From assembly GCF_009914755.1 (NCBI RefSeq), contig NC_060936.1: 64,000 nucleotides of DNA; one strand, given 5' to 3'. Under the pieces are notes generated by a model. That model was not told where the DNA came from. It saw only the letters and a program-made list of their open reading frames with translations, and did not search any database. Shown piece by piece: positions 1-13,314 of the stretch; the first letter of the stretch is position 1, and each line of letters opens with the position of its first letter. Origin of the DNA: the human T2T-CHM13v2.0 reference genome, Homo sapiens. A program made the position numbers and the translations under genes.

Positions 1-224
1 GAATTCAGGTCTGTCTGATTGCTAGTATATTCTTCTCTCCTGGCTGGACTTCCTGTCATTCTGGTTTGGGTTTTAAGGTTGGGGGTGTTTTTGTTTTGTT
101 TTGCTCATCTTGTTTTATGTTCAATCAGTTTAGTAACTGCCATTGTTATAATCCCATCTCATACCACTTGCAGCAATACTGCTTTCCTCTTTCCTTGCCC
201 CTCTTATCCATTATCCACATAGAC

Positions 225-1130
225 CCAGAAGAACCTCTTTGAAAAGCACATCAGACCATGTAAGCCCTCTCTCCCTCCATCTAAAGCCCTCTATCACTTT
301 CTCTTGTTTGTGTTTTTTTGGTTTGTTTTTGTTTTGAGATGGAGTCTCGCTCTGTCACCCAGGCTGGAGTGCAGTGGTGCGAACTCAGCTCACTGCAACC
401 TCTGCCTCCCAGGCTCAAGGAATTCTCCTGCCTAAGCCTCCCAAGTACCCACCCCGCACCCAGCTAATTTTTGTATTTTTTTAGTAGAGACAGGGTTTCA
501 CCATTTTGGCCAGGCTGGTCTTGAACTCCTGACCTCAGGTGATCCACCCTCCTCGGCCTTCCAAAGTACTGGGATTACAGGTGTGAGCCACCATGCCTGG
601 ACCCATGTTTTTTTAAGTATACAGAGCCAGCTCCCTGCCATGGCCTCTAGCCTCTTCATGGTCCACTTCCTGCCCACCTCCCTGAGACCATTTCTAAAAC
701 ACCACCTCTCACTTCCTCTGTTTAGTTGCATCTTATTCCTTTTAGTTACTCACATTTTCCAGGCTCCTTCCTGCCATGGAGCCTTTGCACATGCTGCTAG
801 GAAAGCTCTTCCTCTCCCCTGGTGCCTGATTTATACCTACTCCACTTTCCAGAGCTCAGAGGAAATGCTGTTTCCTCGGGGATCCTTCCAGAATGCTGCA
901 GACTAAGTCATACCCCTCATTACAGACATTACTTTCTTATCACTGTTTTCAACACATTTGTAATTATATATGGATTTGGGCGATCATTGGCTAAAGCATA
1001 CCTCTCCTAACGGTTGAGGCCTCATGAGGAGAGGGACTGTGACTATGAGCTCCTTGTTGAACGAATCTCTTCCCCCAGATACGCAGCAGGGACCAAACAC
1101 ATGTTGGTAGAATGCATGAACTGTAGCACT
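225..1130 (+). mobile_element. L2 LINE fragment interrupted by an Alu
   Basis: L2-like motifs such as 'gcctttgcacatgctgct' and 'gagggactgtgact'; degenerate, boundaries approximate. Confidence 0.6.
304..601 (-). mobile_element. AluS (Sx-like) with ~16-bp internal deletion
   Basis: Antisense Alu 'gagatggagtctcgctctgtcacccaggctggagtgcagtgg...gtgagccaccatgcctgg'; 'gctgggattacaggc' is missing after 'cccaagta'. Confidence 0.95.
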
Positions 1131-1234
1131 TTCCCCTCATCGAATCACTTTCACACCTAATAGTCTGAACCATATGGAATTGCCAATATTCAAAACCAGT
1201 AATGTTATTTCCTCTGATTCATAGGAGAATTGTT

Positions 1235-1340
1235 TGAACCACTGGGGATGGGGACTATGCCTGTCTCATTCTTTGCGGTATCCCAGCACCTAGTACAGTG
1301 GCTCAAGGTTGGTCATCTTTAAATATTTGTTGAATAAATT
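1235..1340 (+). mobile_element. L2 3' end
   Basis: 'gtatcccagcacctagtacagtgg...aaatatttgttgaataaat'. Confidence 0.75.
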
Positions 1341-2544
1341 GTTAATGAGGACAATACAACCATAAGCACACTGTACAGATGAGAAAACTCAGAGATCTAC
1401 AGAGGTGTAGTATTAGATAGAGCTAACAGGACCTTAGGGATCACCCGATCTCATTTTACACGTGGAGGGCTGAGGGATAGGTTTGATAACGTGCTTAACA
1501 TATTGGAACCATAGTGCGCATGTGTAATTTGTAAATAAATACACATATATTGGGGTTTTGTTCTCAGCATTTCTCACTGAGAGAGATATGAGATAAAAGA
1601 AACTTTGGGGTCCATTGATCTAATTCAGCTCCTCTTTTAGCAGAAAGAGACACTGAAGCCTGCAAAAAGAGAGAGATTTGCCTAAGGTCTGTAGTCTGCA
1701 GGTGAGCTCTGGGTTCAGAGAAGTGATGTTTGCCCAACGTCAGGGCTCTTGTTTGAACTTCTCTGCTGCAACCAGGTGAGCAGACACCAGTTCTCTCTGG
1801 TGACCCCACCCACGCTGTGAGACATGACATCCCGCCCCCTCAGGGTCTCCTGTGGCACCTGCTGCCCACCCACTCGTCTGGGTATCCTGACAAGATGTCC
1901 ATCCGCACCCAGCCTGTGCCTAGCAGAGCAGGTGAGCAGCTCTGGGTGTTTCTGGAATCAGATTTCAGAACTTCCAGCTGATAAAGGGCTTTTGTTTGGC
2001 CAGTGTTTTGCCCCAGCCTCCTGTCCACAGCCAGGTGGCAGGTGATTCTGGGACCCAACCCACATCCGGAAGGGGCAGGTATCTGAGCAGTGGTGCAGGA
2101 TTTATCATATGGATGGTTGTTTGCTGCAGGAACGAGAGGCCATCATCATTATAGCACCTTTCAATGGTCAGTTCTTTATAAATCCTCATTGCCTCACTGG
2201 GGCACTTAGTCTACTGTCAGGATGAGAGGGCAGCCAGGGGGACCTTCAGAACTCAAATATAGCCTCTTCATTTGATAGATGGGGAGACTGAGGCACAGAA
2301 AGAGCACAGGGCATTCCATATTGCATCAGAAAATTAGTGCCAAAGCTGTAGCTAAAATATGGGCTGCTTGGCACCCAGTCCCAAGACACCACACTGCTCA
2401 GAATTCCTTGGGGGAAGAAGACAGAAAAATCAATGTATTCACATTTTACAAACGGACTAATGAAGCTAAGAGATGTGAAATGATTTTCCTAAAGTCACAT
2501 CATGAAATAATGATATATCATTACTATCGTCACTGTTAAACTGT

Positions 2545-2690
2545 TACTATTGATCTTGTTTGATCCTCACTACAGTAAGTACCAGTGTTATATCCATTTT
2601 AAAGATGAAGAAACTGAGGCTCGAGGTCTTATAAAGACCTGGAATAAGCTCCAGATCTCTTGACTCCAAGTTTAATGCCCTCATGCCACT
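2545..2690 (-). mobile_element. MIR
   Basis: Antisense core 'ccattttaaagatgaagaaactgaggctc'. Confidence 0.75.
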
Positions 2691-3354
2691 GTGGGGAAAG
2701 ATTTCTGACCCCAAAGAGGTTGTTCACTGAGCAGGGATCACCAGGCAAGGGTGGGAATGGTGTGACCGTCTTTAATCACTGACCCAGGCTGCACTGCCTA
2801 AGCATTCCCATTCAATTCCTCTCATTCTGTTCACCCACAGAGTGTGCCAGCATCATGCCTTCTTCAACTGCTCTGTATATACTGTATCTTTTTCCTGCAT
2901 GGAGAGTCTCTTAGAATGACATTCCTCTTAATGGCCTTGGGGGCATGGAGGGATTGGAGTGGGCCCCCAAAATTGAAAGGGGAACCCAGATATCAATAGC
3001 CTTAGGAAGAAACACCATGTACCCAATTATGGCAGGGACCAGACTGAAGGGGAACAGGCCCCAAACTGCAGTGGGAAGAGTGCATGTGGGTCATGAAACC
3101 TTCTTTCCATGGTGGGTCCTGGTTATAAATGGCCCCCAAAGAAAAGACACCTTGACAACCAGAAGAAGTAGGGGTGGCCTCAAGATTGCTGTAGCCCAAC
3201 CCTCCCTAACTCTTCATTTTACAGAAGGAATCTGGCACAGAGTAGTCGAGTCACTTGCCTAAAGTCTCACAAGCAATCAATGCCATTGACAATGGGTTCA
3301 TTGTAGGGCACTTGTGGGCTTTTGGAAAGAGAAAAACTAACATGATTGCTTTCT

Positions 3355-3690
3355 GCTGGGTGCTATAACACATGCCTGCAGCCCCAGCTACTCAAGAGGT
3401 TGATGCAGGAAGATCCATCCCTTAAGCCCAGGAGTTCTGGGCTGAAGTGCGCTATGCCAATGGGTTGTCTGCACTAAGTTGGGCATCAATATGGTGACCT
3501 CCCAGGAGCTGGGAACCACCAGGTTGCCTAAGGGATGGTAAACCGGCCTAGGTCAGAAGCAGAACAGATCTAAACTCCCATGCTGATCAGTAGTGGGATC
3601 GCGCCTGTGAATACCTACTGCATTCCAGCCTGGGCAACATAGAAAGACCCCAACTCTAAAAAAATTAGTAAAAATAAATAAAAAATAAAA
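3355..3690 (+). pseudogene. 7SL (SRP) RNA processed pseudogene (RN7SL-P type)
   Basis: Alu domain plus S domain ('gcactaagttgggcatcaatatggtgacctccc', 'gctgatcagtagtgggatcgcgcctgtgaata'), A-rich tail, TSD 'atgattgctttc' at 3342-3353 and 3691-3702. Confidence 0.96.
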
Positions 3691-4104
3691 ATGATTGCTT
3701 TCCACTCACCACTCCTATCCACACCCCAGAACACTGGCTGTTCCACCTTGGCTCTATAGCATTTATGTCCTATTAACAAGCCAACTCTCAAACTGTCCCC
3801 ACGTAGTGGTGTGAATTCAGGAGCTAGAGGCTATGGTCTAAGTGCTCCTAGATGCTTTTAATGTTTTCCAGGAAAGCTCAGGCTGAGGCTTCCACCACAG
3901 AGACTCCCGGCTTGCAACTTGGGCAAGATGCCATTTCAGCCACCCTGATGTTTACTACCCCTACTCTAGTTCTTAAAAGCCTTTTGCCTTTCCTCTCACT
4001 GGAAAATAGCGTGCTCTGCATTCCCACCCCTCCAATCCTCCAACCTAAGGAAAGCATCAACTCCCAGTCACCAAGCAAATGTCAGTTCTGACGCATGCCA
4101 AGGA

Positions 4105-4300
4105 AGGGGTGTTGTATAGTTAGAAGACTTCTGGCTTTGCAGTTAATGTGCTTGGGCTTGAATTCTACTCCACCACCTAGTAGCTGTGCGACCTTCAGCA
4201 AATCCCTTCACTACCCTGAGCCTCAGTGCCCTCATCTGTAATATGGGGCCAAAAATCCTTAACTCGAGTGGTTGCTGATTCCTGGTATGACTGAGTATTT
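4105..4300 (+). mobile_element. MIR
   Basis: 'tagctgtgcgacctt...gagcctcagtgccctcatctgtaatatgggg'. Confidence 0.75.
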
Positions 4301-4599
4301 GCAATGGTTGCCTTTGGCCATTCCGGCTTATGTTCAAAAGCGAGTCAGTTTGATGGTGGTGGTGGAGTGAGAAAAGACACTGGGATTATACCCCTGATCA
4401 AGAATGCTAAACCTCACAGTTCATGGGTTCCATTCTCTATTATGCAGATGGAGAAAGTAAGCCTCAGAGAGGGAAAGGCATTTACCCAAAGTCATACAGT
4501 GAATGGGAATCCAGGTCTCCTTACCCCTAGAGTTCACTTCTCTGCCTCAGTGACCTCATAAATGTCAATTTTAAAACTTCTTCATCTGTCAAAAGGTTT

Positions 4600-4830
4600 A
4601 ATAATAGTTACTAATAATAGTTTTTGACTACTTACTATACACCCAGCACTGAGAAAAGTGCTTTATCTGCAATATGTCACTTAATCTGCTCAACTGCTTT
4701 TTGAGGTAGATACTGTGACAATTTCCATTCTGTAGATGAGAAAATTAAGGATCAGAGAGGTAAGTGATTTGTCTAACTTACACAGCTAGGTAATGTCAGA
4801 GCCAGAATTTGAATCCTGTGCTGCTAACTC
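4600..4830 (-). mobile_element. MIR
   Basis: 'tccattctgtagatgagaaaattaagg...cacagctag...atttgaatcc'. Confidence 0.75.
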
Positions 4831-5269
4831 TCACTAACTCTTATTGGGAACACCTGTTCTGCCAATCTCCTGAGATAAGGAAAGATGAGAAAACTTAGGA
4901 GCACCATATGGAAACTAGGAAGTTCTTGACAAGCTGTTTACATCTTCCAATATGTGGCTCCATTCTGCTCCATCCCAGTGCCACAGTGGTGCATCAGAGA
5001 GAATGTGGCTCAGGATATCTGTCCACCTGCACTGCCCCATAGTTCTATTTTGGGACTTGCCAATTTGATGCTACATTAATGTAGAATGCTTTCCGGAAAC
5101 AAGTTTCCCTAGGAATGAGAAACAGACAAGGAGAATAAGTCTTTCTTGAGTGAGAAATTTGGGACTTCTAACTGCAACGCTTACCCCAAGCTGACCCAGT
5201 TAGGTGCAGCCATTATGCAATCATGGTTATTCTTCAGATGCACAATACTTTATGCTTGCTGAGAACTTG

Positions 5270-5550
5270 ATTCATGCATCTACCCATCCACCCATCCGTT
5301 TATCATGCATTTACTCATCATCTATTCCTGCATCCATTTATTTATCCACCACCACCTATTCATCCATCCATCCACCCTTTATCCACCTGTCAGTCAAGCA
5401 ACAATTGATGCATTTATTATTTCATTCACCCATCCATCTATTTTCCAGCAGTTTCTCTATTCATCCATTCTACAACTATTTTCTTTTTTCTTTTCCCATT
5501 GATCTACCTGTCCATCTACCCATCCATCCACCTTTGCATCTAACCAACAT
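5270..5550. repeat. Degenerate (CCAT/TCAT)n simple repeat
   Basis: Repeated catc/ccat/tcat units. Confidence 0.85.
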
Positions 5551-6089
5551 TTATGCAGCATCTAATTTGTGCCTTTCTTCACCATTTCCCCACATTTATG
5601 GTAAAGTGAGATTTATTTATTTCATTCAACTGACAGTGGGAACTAACTACCAGCTCAAATTATTTTTTTCAAGACCACACAGGAATAAAGTTAAACCTGA
5701 TCTTCCAGTCCTAGTTCTCTCCAAAACACCTGTAAAACATTGTGGGTCCAAAGAATCACAGGCATCTTGGGTTTGTTTTTCTTCTCTGAGGTCTTTTGCT
5801 GTGCATATTTAAATAATCATGCATATTCATTTATATCAGAAACAAAGGATCACAACAAATGCTATGACCCTTTTTCACTTGTGCAAAAAGATTTCACATA
5901 TGCAAAAAACAAAAAATAAAATTTTCTCTATTCTCAAGTTGCTTACATTTTAGTATAGGAGACATGTTTATGAATAACTAGTGACTAGAAAGCAGGGCAG
6001 GAGTTAATAGTATCAAAAAGAAAATTAAGGCCAAGGCAGGTAAAGTGACTTGCCCAAGGTCATGCAAGTTAATACAAATGCTGTGTAAT

Positions 6090-6290
6090 TACTTTGATTC
6101 CTAAACGAAGCTCTGTGTTAGGCAATTTATAGACAGATTTCACTGAATTCTCACCTCAACTCTGTGTAATAGGTATCATTGTCTCCATTTTATGGATGGT
6201 AGATGTGAGACTCAGAGAGTCTAAGCAACTTGGTCAAGGTTATCACTTGGTAAGGGCCAGAGTTAGTCCAGGCATGCTTGCTTCCACAGT
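6090..6290 (-). mobile_element. MIR
   Basis: 'tccattttatggatggtagatgtgagactcagagagtctaagcaacttggtcaagg'. Confidence 0.7.
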
Positions 6291-7294
6291 TTTCTCTTTC
6301 ATAAAACTTTTCCCAGAGTCAAGGTATGGAGCAAAAAATGTCACTTGTGAGGTCCAACTGTTTTCCTGCTTCTCAGTTTCTAGGTGATTACTTCAGTGGA
6401 AGTCCATTCCAAGACTAGGTTCAGATAGAGGAGGAAGGTTCTGCACAGAGATGAGGTGGACCTCATGGGGCTGAATGAGGCAGGGGTGGAGTAGTGATGG
6501 TCCCAGTCTGCACTGGGCAATCGCTCAGAAGAATCAACCAGCCAGGAAGTGTCTTCTCAGCAAGAAGGTTATCCATGAAAAGGAAAAACCCTTCAAGACA
6601 AGGAAACAAGAGATATTAGTTAACCATACATGCTCTTGACCACAGCTCAACTCAAAGATGGCACCCCAGAGGGGCATGAACTGAGTCGCTAGTAATGAGG
6701 AAGGTGTTGGGAGGAGTGGGGTAAACATTCTCTAAGCACCAAATTTGGTAGGGATTTCCACTTCCTTATACTCACATGTGGAGTGATTGAAAAGAGCCTT
6801 GTAACGTAAAGGAGAACACAAGCCCAGTGAGGTTGTTGTATTTACCCAGGGCTGCCCAACTTGGCAGAGCTCTTTCTATTGGCCATCAGTCCACACACGT
6901 TACTGTGGACGCGTCCATCATCCCTGCCATGTGGCACCTTTCTGGTCTTAGGGATCTCTCTCTCTCTCTCCCTTCTCCCCAGCCTGGAGGCAATCTCTTT
7001 CTGTTCTGGAGAAATCTTTCTTCCTTTGTGTTTCTTCATGATTCTCTTCTGAATCCATAAATCCTTTTCCCTAAGGGCTTTGACTTTTCCAAAAAGGAAA
7101 CATGAAAACACTCTCATATTCTTTCTGTTTTCAGCCTGACACATGTCTCCCTGAGGCAATAAGAGTAGAACCCATGGCCTGCTTAAATGGTAAAAAAGAA
7201 CAGGGGAAAATATAGAGAGAGGGAAAAAATCCACATAGATCAATATCTCAAAATATTGTCCCATTGCACACGCAACATCTCCTTTAAGCTGCTT

Positions 7295-7460
7295 AAGCTT
7301 TTGAGGTGGATACTGTCATTATCTCCAGTTTACAGAGGAGGAAGCTGAAGTATGGGGACACTATGTGCCTTCTTCAAGGTGACACAGCTAGGAAGTGGAT
7401 CCAGGATTCAAACTCAAGCTTGTAAGGCACTAATTGTCAAGTTTTAAACTACCACGTCCT
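7295..7460 (-). mobile_element. MIR
   Basis: 'ccagtttacagaggaggaagctga...aaggtgacacagctaggaagtgg'. Confidence 0.7.
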
Positions 7461-7764
7461 ACTGACACACTAACTGTGTGGAAAAAATACGTATCAAAAT
7501 TGTTCCCTAAGGAAAATTGACTTGCCCAAGATTGTTCAGCAAGTCAGTAGAATGGGAGCCAAGTTTGCTGGTCAGAGGCACATCAATCCGGATCTATATT
7601 TAATGGACACTATTTGCATACATCTGGGTCTAAGGGTCACGTAGCTTGGTCTCTGAGGAGGCTACATTTAACACCCAAGAAAAGTGTTCAGAAAGGAAAG
7701 AGATATTTCTTAGAGTGCCAGCCAAGCTTCAGAACTGTGCAACTGAGTGGATAAGAGCAATATG

Positions 7765-7766
<2 letters not shown>

Positions 7767-7798
<32 letters not shown>
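7767..7798. repeat. Pure poly(A) run, 32 nt
   Basis: Direct count. Confidence 0.95.
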
Positions 7799-7801
<3 letters not shown>

Positions 7802-10579
7802 CAGAGAGTGTCAACATCTCTAACCAATTGGTAGTTGTGGTCTGGAGCACTGTATTGAGATGGACTCTAGGGCTATATCTGAGATCAGTAGAAAAGAGTG
7901 CTTGGATCAATTAGTAATGTCTGTCATCCTTGCAGGAAACAGAGGTTGTAGCATGCATACTATGTATTTATCTTTCCCCCACCTGGAAGGGGATGCTACA
8001 GCTTTTGGAAGAATCAGATCAAGTGCTAACTATTGAACATTTACTACGCTGTTGGTGCCGTGCTCATCACATTCACTATTTCATTTAATGTTATCACTGG
8101 ATTCCCTCTCCTAACACATTTTGCAAAGGAGAAAAGAGAATGTCAGAAAGGTGAAGTTACTTGCCCAAGGCTAAAGAAGCTGGTCCATGGCTAACCAGCT
8201 ATGATAATTACTGTGAAATACATAAACAATTAGGTTGATCAATAGAAATGTCAATAGAGAAACAATCCCAGAACCTGTTAATTGGTGTTTGAATGTATAT
8301 ATTTGGCCAGAGGGCTTTGTCTTATTTATCTCTCTATTCCCAGTGACTAGCATAGGGCTCTGGACACAGGTGATGCCCAATTCATATTTATGTAGAACTG
8401 TGAACAGGCACTGCTCAAGACAGTGGTTTGGGGTATAAAGAGATTTTGTTATGCATATAATGGGAAGGTGTTGAGTTTAAGGTTGGGCATGACTAAGTAC
8501 ACAATAAATATTTGTATAATCCAAGAGTGATAGAGGAGTTGGCTACTGGGTGGGATCAGGAAGACAAAATGAAGACAATCTTGGTGAAGACAGGGCAAAG
8601 GTATTCTTTATCCTATCTGGAAGGATGTTAGGGGTCCAAGGACCCAGCCCCCACACTGCTGATTCCTAGGATACCAGGCTATGCAGGCACATTTCATGGT
8701 ACCATCAGGCAAGTCCAGGAGGGAGAGTCCTGCACCTGGGGAGCTATTTCTGGCCGTGTGTTCTGCCAGCAGTGTGCTGGGAGGCTGCAGGAGCCGGATC
8801 TGCTGCTGGGGCTCTGGAACTCAGAGTCGGGACAACGCCAGCTTTGCCTTGCCAGGGGCACCTGAATGTCATGGCAGGAGGGGAAGGCAGCAGGGAGGGG
8901 CGGCCTCAGGGAGCCCAATCTTATTCTGTGCATCTTTTCCCAGCTGTGTCCCACCTGTGTTAAGTTTGAGGGTGATTTATCTTATCTGCAGCATTGGCAT
9001 ATTGCATTTAAAAGAGTCTCAAATTATGAAATCACTGTGAGATTGGAAGAATTATTTTTTTCCATTTCATAAATGAAACAACTAAAACTAACAGAGTTAT
9101 TTATAATAACAACAGTGTATGTTAGGCATTACACTAAGCATTTCGTTTACTGTAACTTATTAAAGCCTTATAATGCCCTGTAAGACAGGGAATATTCTTA
9201 TAGCTATTTTGCAGCTGAGGAAATTGAACTCAGAGAGGTCAAAACTTTATCAAACCCAGTCCCATCTGATTCCAGAGCCCACAGTCTTAACCTCTATCCT
9301 ATGCTACCTCTGTGTCAATCAACTAATTAACTTGTTAATACTTTGCATATATACAGTGTTTTAAATTTCCCAAACACTTTATGTATATTTGTGCCTTAGA
9401 GTGGTGCTCTAATACTAGGCACTAAGTAGAAGAAGTACTATGTTTTGTTCACACCCTTTGACACATCAAAAATAATGCCAGGAGCTGGGGAGGTACTTAC
9501 TGCTCTACACTGTACTTTGTACTGTATTATGACACATGATGTTTTGTATTTTGTACAGAACGCACTACACAATATGCTACTTTGTACAGTACAGCAAAGT
9601 AACCCCTGTACTACACTATATTTCACTTCCCCAAGCCTCAATTTTGTCATCTATAAAATGGGGGAAATAACTTTTTCCCAAGGCCTGTGACCATTGAAGA
9701 TGATAAATGGGAAAAGAGCCGGGCACACCTCACACATCAAAGCAGTGCAATATGCTGTAGCTGCCCAGCCACACACCTCGGAGTCGTTTTACAGGAGTGA
9801 GCAAATACTTCTCTTGCTGAAGTGAACAAGGTGACTGGCTAAAATAAGCCTAGTCATCTGTAACTGAGGCATAACACAAGTTTATTCTTAGCATCCCCTT
9901 TGCACTCCCAGTCACTGGAAAAGAAAGGACTCAGACCAAGGACCCGTGAACTTTCCAATACATTTGACCCCAGTGAACCCTGTGTTTCTCGTGACTGGCC
10001 CTGTACTAAAGACCTCAGTGTTCTTGGTCTCCATTTAGGCAAGGTCAGACCAGAGATTTAGTCAGAATTGGTTTAAACTATTTCCAGGTGGAAGAGGCAT
10101 CTCTGGGAAAAGTGAGGGCAAAAGGACAGAGAAAATATATTTACCATTGGAACATAGATTTTGTGAGTACAAGTCATCTAGCCATGCACAGCCCTGTCCT
10201 TGGGCTATAATTATATTCATTCCGAGTTTTCTCAAGAAACAGCTAGAAAGGGAGGCATTTTGCCAGAGCCTAACCTAAATGGAAGCTTATCACTGTTCAT
10301 AGTCATGGGATCATTTGGCCAATGGGGGAACCTGGGAGGCAGGTAAGGATTTTCTTTCATTTCCTATCCTCTTTCCAATGAATCTCTCAGACCAGCACCA
10401 TTTTTCTGCCAAGGAAAGTGGTCTCTGGCCATGAGGAAGTGTCTATTGGCTGCACACACCATTTGGGCTCAAAGAAAAAGCAGAATAGCGCCATCTTGGA
10501 TTGTTACAAAAAGGCCATTAAATGAGGGTGGCATAGGGTAGGCAAGATTATCAGCTAAAACAGATGAGCTCTGGGATCT

Positions 10580-10900
10580 AAGTGGCTTCACTGATACATT
10601 CATTTCTTGCTCTTGTCTTAGTCCTTCCTATGTTGGTTGAAGGAGAGCTTTGCTTCTCGTGGCATACAGGGACCCACCCTTATGGCATGACTTCAAAGTT
10701 ATGTGACATGGTGGTGCAGCTGGAAGATGAGGAAAGTGAACAACGTTGGAGAGGCCCCACCTACTCTTGACTGTCTCTGCTGGAAGTGATTCAACACTCC
10801 TCTTTAAATTTCATTGGTAAAAGCTTGTCACAAGGTCCCCTGGGTGCTAAGATAACTGGGAAGGGCAGTCTCGTAGCATGTCTGAGTGGGAAGTGAAGGA
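10580..10900 (-). mobile_element. Old MaLR LTR fragment (MLT1-type)
   Basis: 'atttcattggtaaaagcttgtcacaaggtcc...aactgggaagggcagtct' resembles antisense MLT1. Confidence 0.5.
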
Positions 10901-11117
10901 AGCTTAGTACCAACCTCTCTCAAGGTAGGAATTGCCCTTCAGGCCAGGAAACACATATTAAGGTGAGCATTTCAGGCTTCTCTGATCAGTTCTTTCTCTG
11001 TATGAGTGGAAGAGGGCAGGAAAAATAACAGTTACTATTTATTGAACAATTACTATGGACCACGCACTATGTTAAATTTTCCCAAGCCTCACTATGTTTC
11101 ATATATGAACCCTGTCA

Positions 11118-11524
<407 letters not shown>

Positions 11525-12344
11525 CTATTCTGATTTTGATTCCAGGTCTGATTCTATAGCCTGTGTTCTTACCCATTAGACCACACTGCCTATGTGAAAT
11601 ACAGCTTTCAATGTGGCCCTGAGGGGTTAAACATGACGATAGACGAAGTGCTTAGCCCAGTTGCCTGCCATGCCATTAGTCCTCATTAGATGCTGATTGC
11701 GAAAAGAAAAGAAGCAAAAAAAAAAAAATTTTTTTTCAAGTTTCTCTTTGATCTTTGAGGAGTTACCTGCTCTGACGGTTTTTTTCCCTTGCAAGCTGGT
11801 ATCCCATTTATTCATTTGCACATTGAGTTAATGTATCTACTGAACGTGTTCCATGGGCTTATCATAGTGCTAGGCACTTGGTATATGAAGATGAGCCAGA
11901 TATGGTCCCTCCACTCAAGGAACAGAGTGAGGGTATGGGATGGATTCATTCTCTCCAAATTCTTGAGGATTCTGAGAAATGGCACTGGCGTTGTCAGAAA
12001 CCTGGGGTCTGGTTGGACATTTGGGACAGGATGAAAATCTAATTGATTTGAAGTGTTTATTTCCCATTTGTGGGGCAAACAAGTAAGAAGGTAGATATAA
12101 GGAACTATAATATTTTTATTTAGTTATCTCCAGAAAGTTTTTCCTGTCTGATACAGCCTTATCTCTATTCAACCTAGGGCCACAATAGGCACCATTACAG
12201 TTCTCGGTTACCCTAGGTACCGTGTTTGGTGCAGGACTAGCATATGATACTAGGAGAGCCAATCTCAGCCCTTCCCTGGGGCTAAGTATGAGGAGAGTGA
12301 CTTTCACTGGGCTCTGGTGGTGACAAAGGCCATGCTGGACAGGA

Positions 12345-12610
12345 GGGATCACAGTAACACCCAGCATCTATTAGGCGTCTACACCAAGGCCAGTGTTTAC
12401 ACCATGCTGCTGAACACTGCATTTGAATGAAATTGCTTCAACCTCGCAACCACCCTTTAAGGCGGGCACATTTTCATTATCCTTATTTTACAGTTGAGAA
12501 ACCTGGAGCTCAGAGGGGTGACAACACTCATTCAACGTCCCACAGCTAGTAAGGGATCAAGCAGGGGTTTGAATCCCACACCATGTGCTCACAGTCACCA
12601 TACCACACTG
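12345..12610 (-). mobile_element. MIR
   Basis: 'ttattttacagttgagaaacctggagctcagaggggtg...cacagctagtaag...gtttgaatccc'. Confidence 0.75.
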
Positions 12611-13314
12611 CTACCAGTTATCTCTATGTAGCTACCTCTGGGTCCCAGCAAGGAAGGGCATATGGAAAGAAGGCTAGGCTTGGGCTGCAACCTATGTTCG
12701 AAGACCAGGGGCAAGTAGATTTAACCCAGCCATTTGGACTGTGCTCTCTCTACCCCCACCCCATCCCCCGCCACCAGCGTCATCCAATCTAAGACCCAAA
12801 CTGAATAGCTGTGAGCCTTCACAGCTTCCGGCATATCCTGAGCCTCAGCCCCCAGGGCTCTGTAGCATCCTTGATTTTTTATACTCTCAGGGACATGCTA
12901 TAAAAGATTGAATCAGCAACTGCGTAGATTGCTGTAAAAAATGAGGGCAATTTTATACATGTTTTCAGTTCCTATTTCCCCTCCTTGCTTTCCTCCAAGG
13001 ATCTGAGATTGTTAAGCAGGAGAGCTGGTAGAGGTTCCGAGGGGAGGTCACCAACTGGAAATGAGGCATCTGCCAGATAGAGATAACTACACATGGCTAA
13101 GATACCACACCCAGATCAGCTTCATAAGGAAACCCTCCCAATGGGCAGCAGAAAGATCAGAGGGACACTGGAAGGTCTTGTCACCCCCAGCTCCCCCAGG
13201 GGCTTGCTGCAGTGGCTTGAGGTCAGTCCTTTCCATGTATCTCCTCCACCTTCATATCTCAGTGAATGCTTTAGACCTCTTATCTTCATGGCCTCTTTTT
13301 TCCCAAAGTTCTCT

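Noticed and set aside
1-6. GAATTC at the window start
   Set aside because: Probably a cloning site or chance; no vector or bacterial IS sequence was recognised.
2026-2043. CTCF-like 'cagccaggtggcag'
   Set aside because: Mismatch in the core CC and no supporting context; plausible by chance.
5204-5812. 202-aa ORF
   Set aside because: Arises from the (CCAT)n low-complexity repeat, has a non-ATG start and no recognisable domain.
8820-8840. REST/RE1 site ('tcagagtcgggacaacgcc')
   Set aside because: Only the right half matches; the left half and spacing are poor.
11716-11736. A13-T8 palindrome resembling a terminator
   Set aside because: Simple mononucleotide runs with no functional context.
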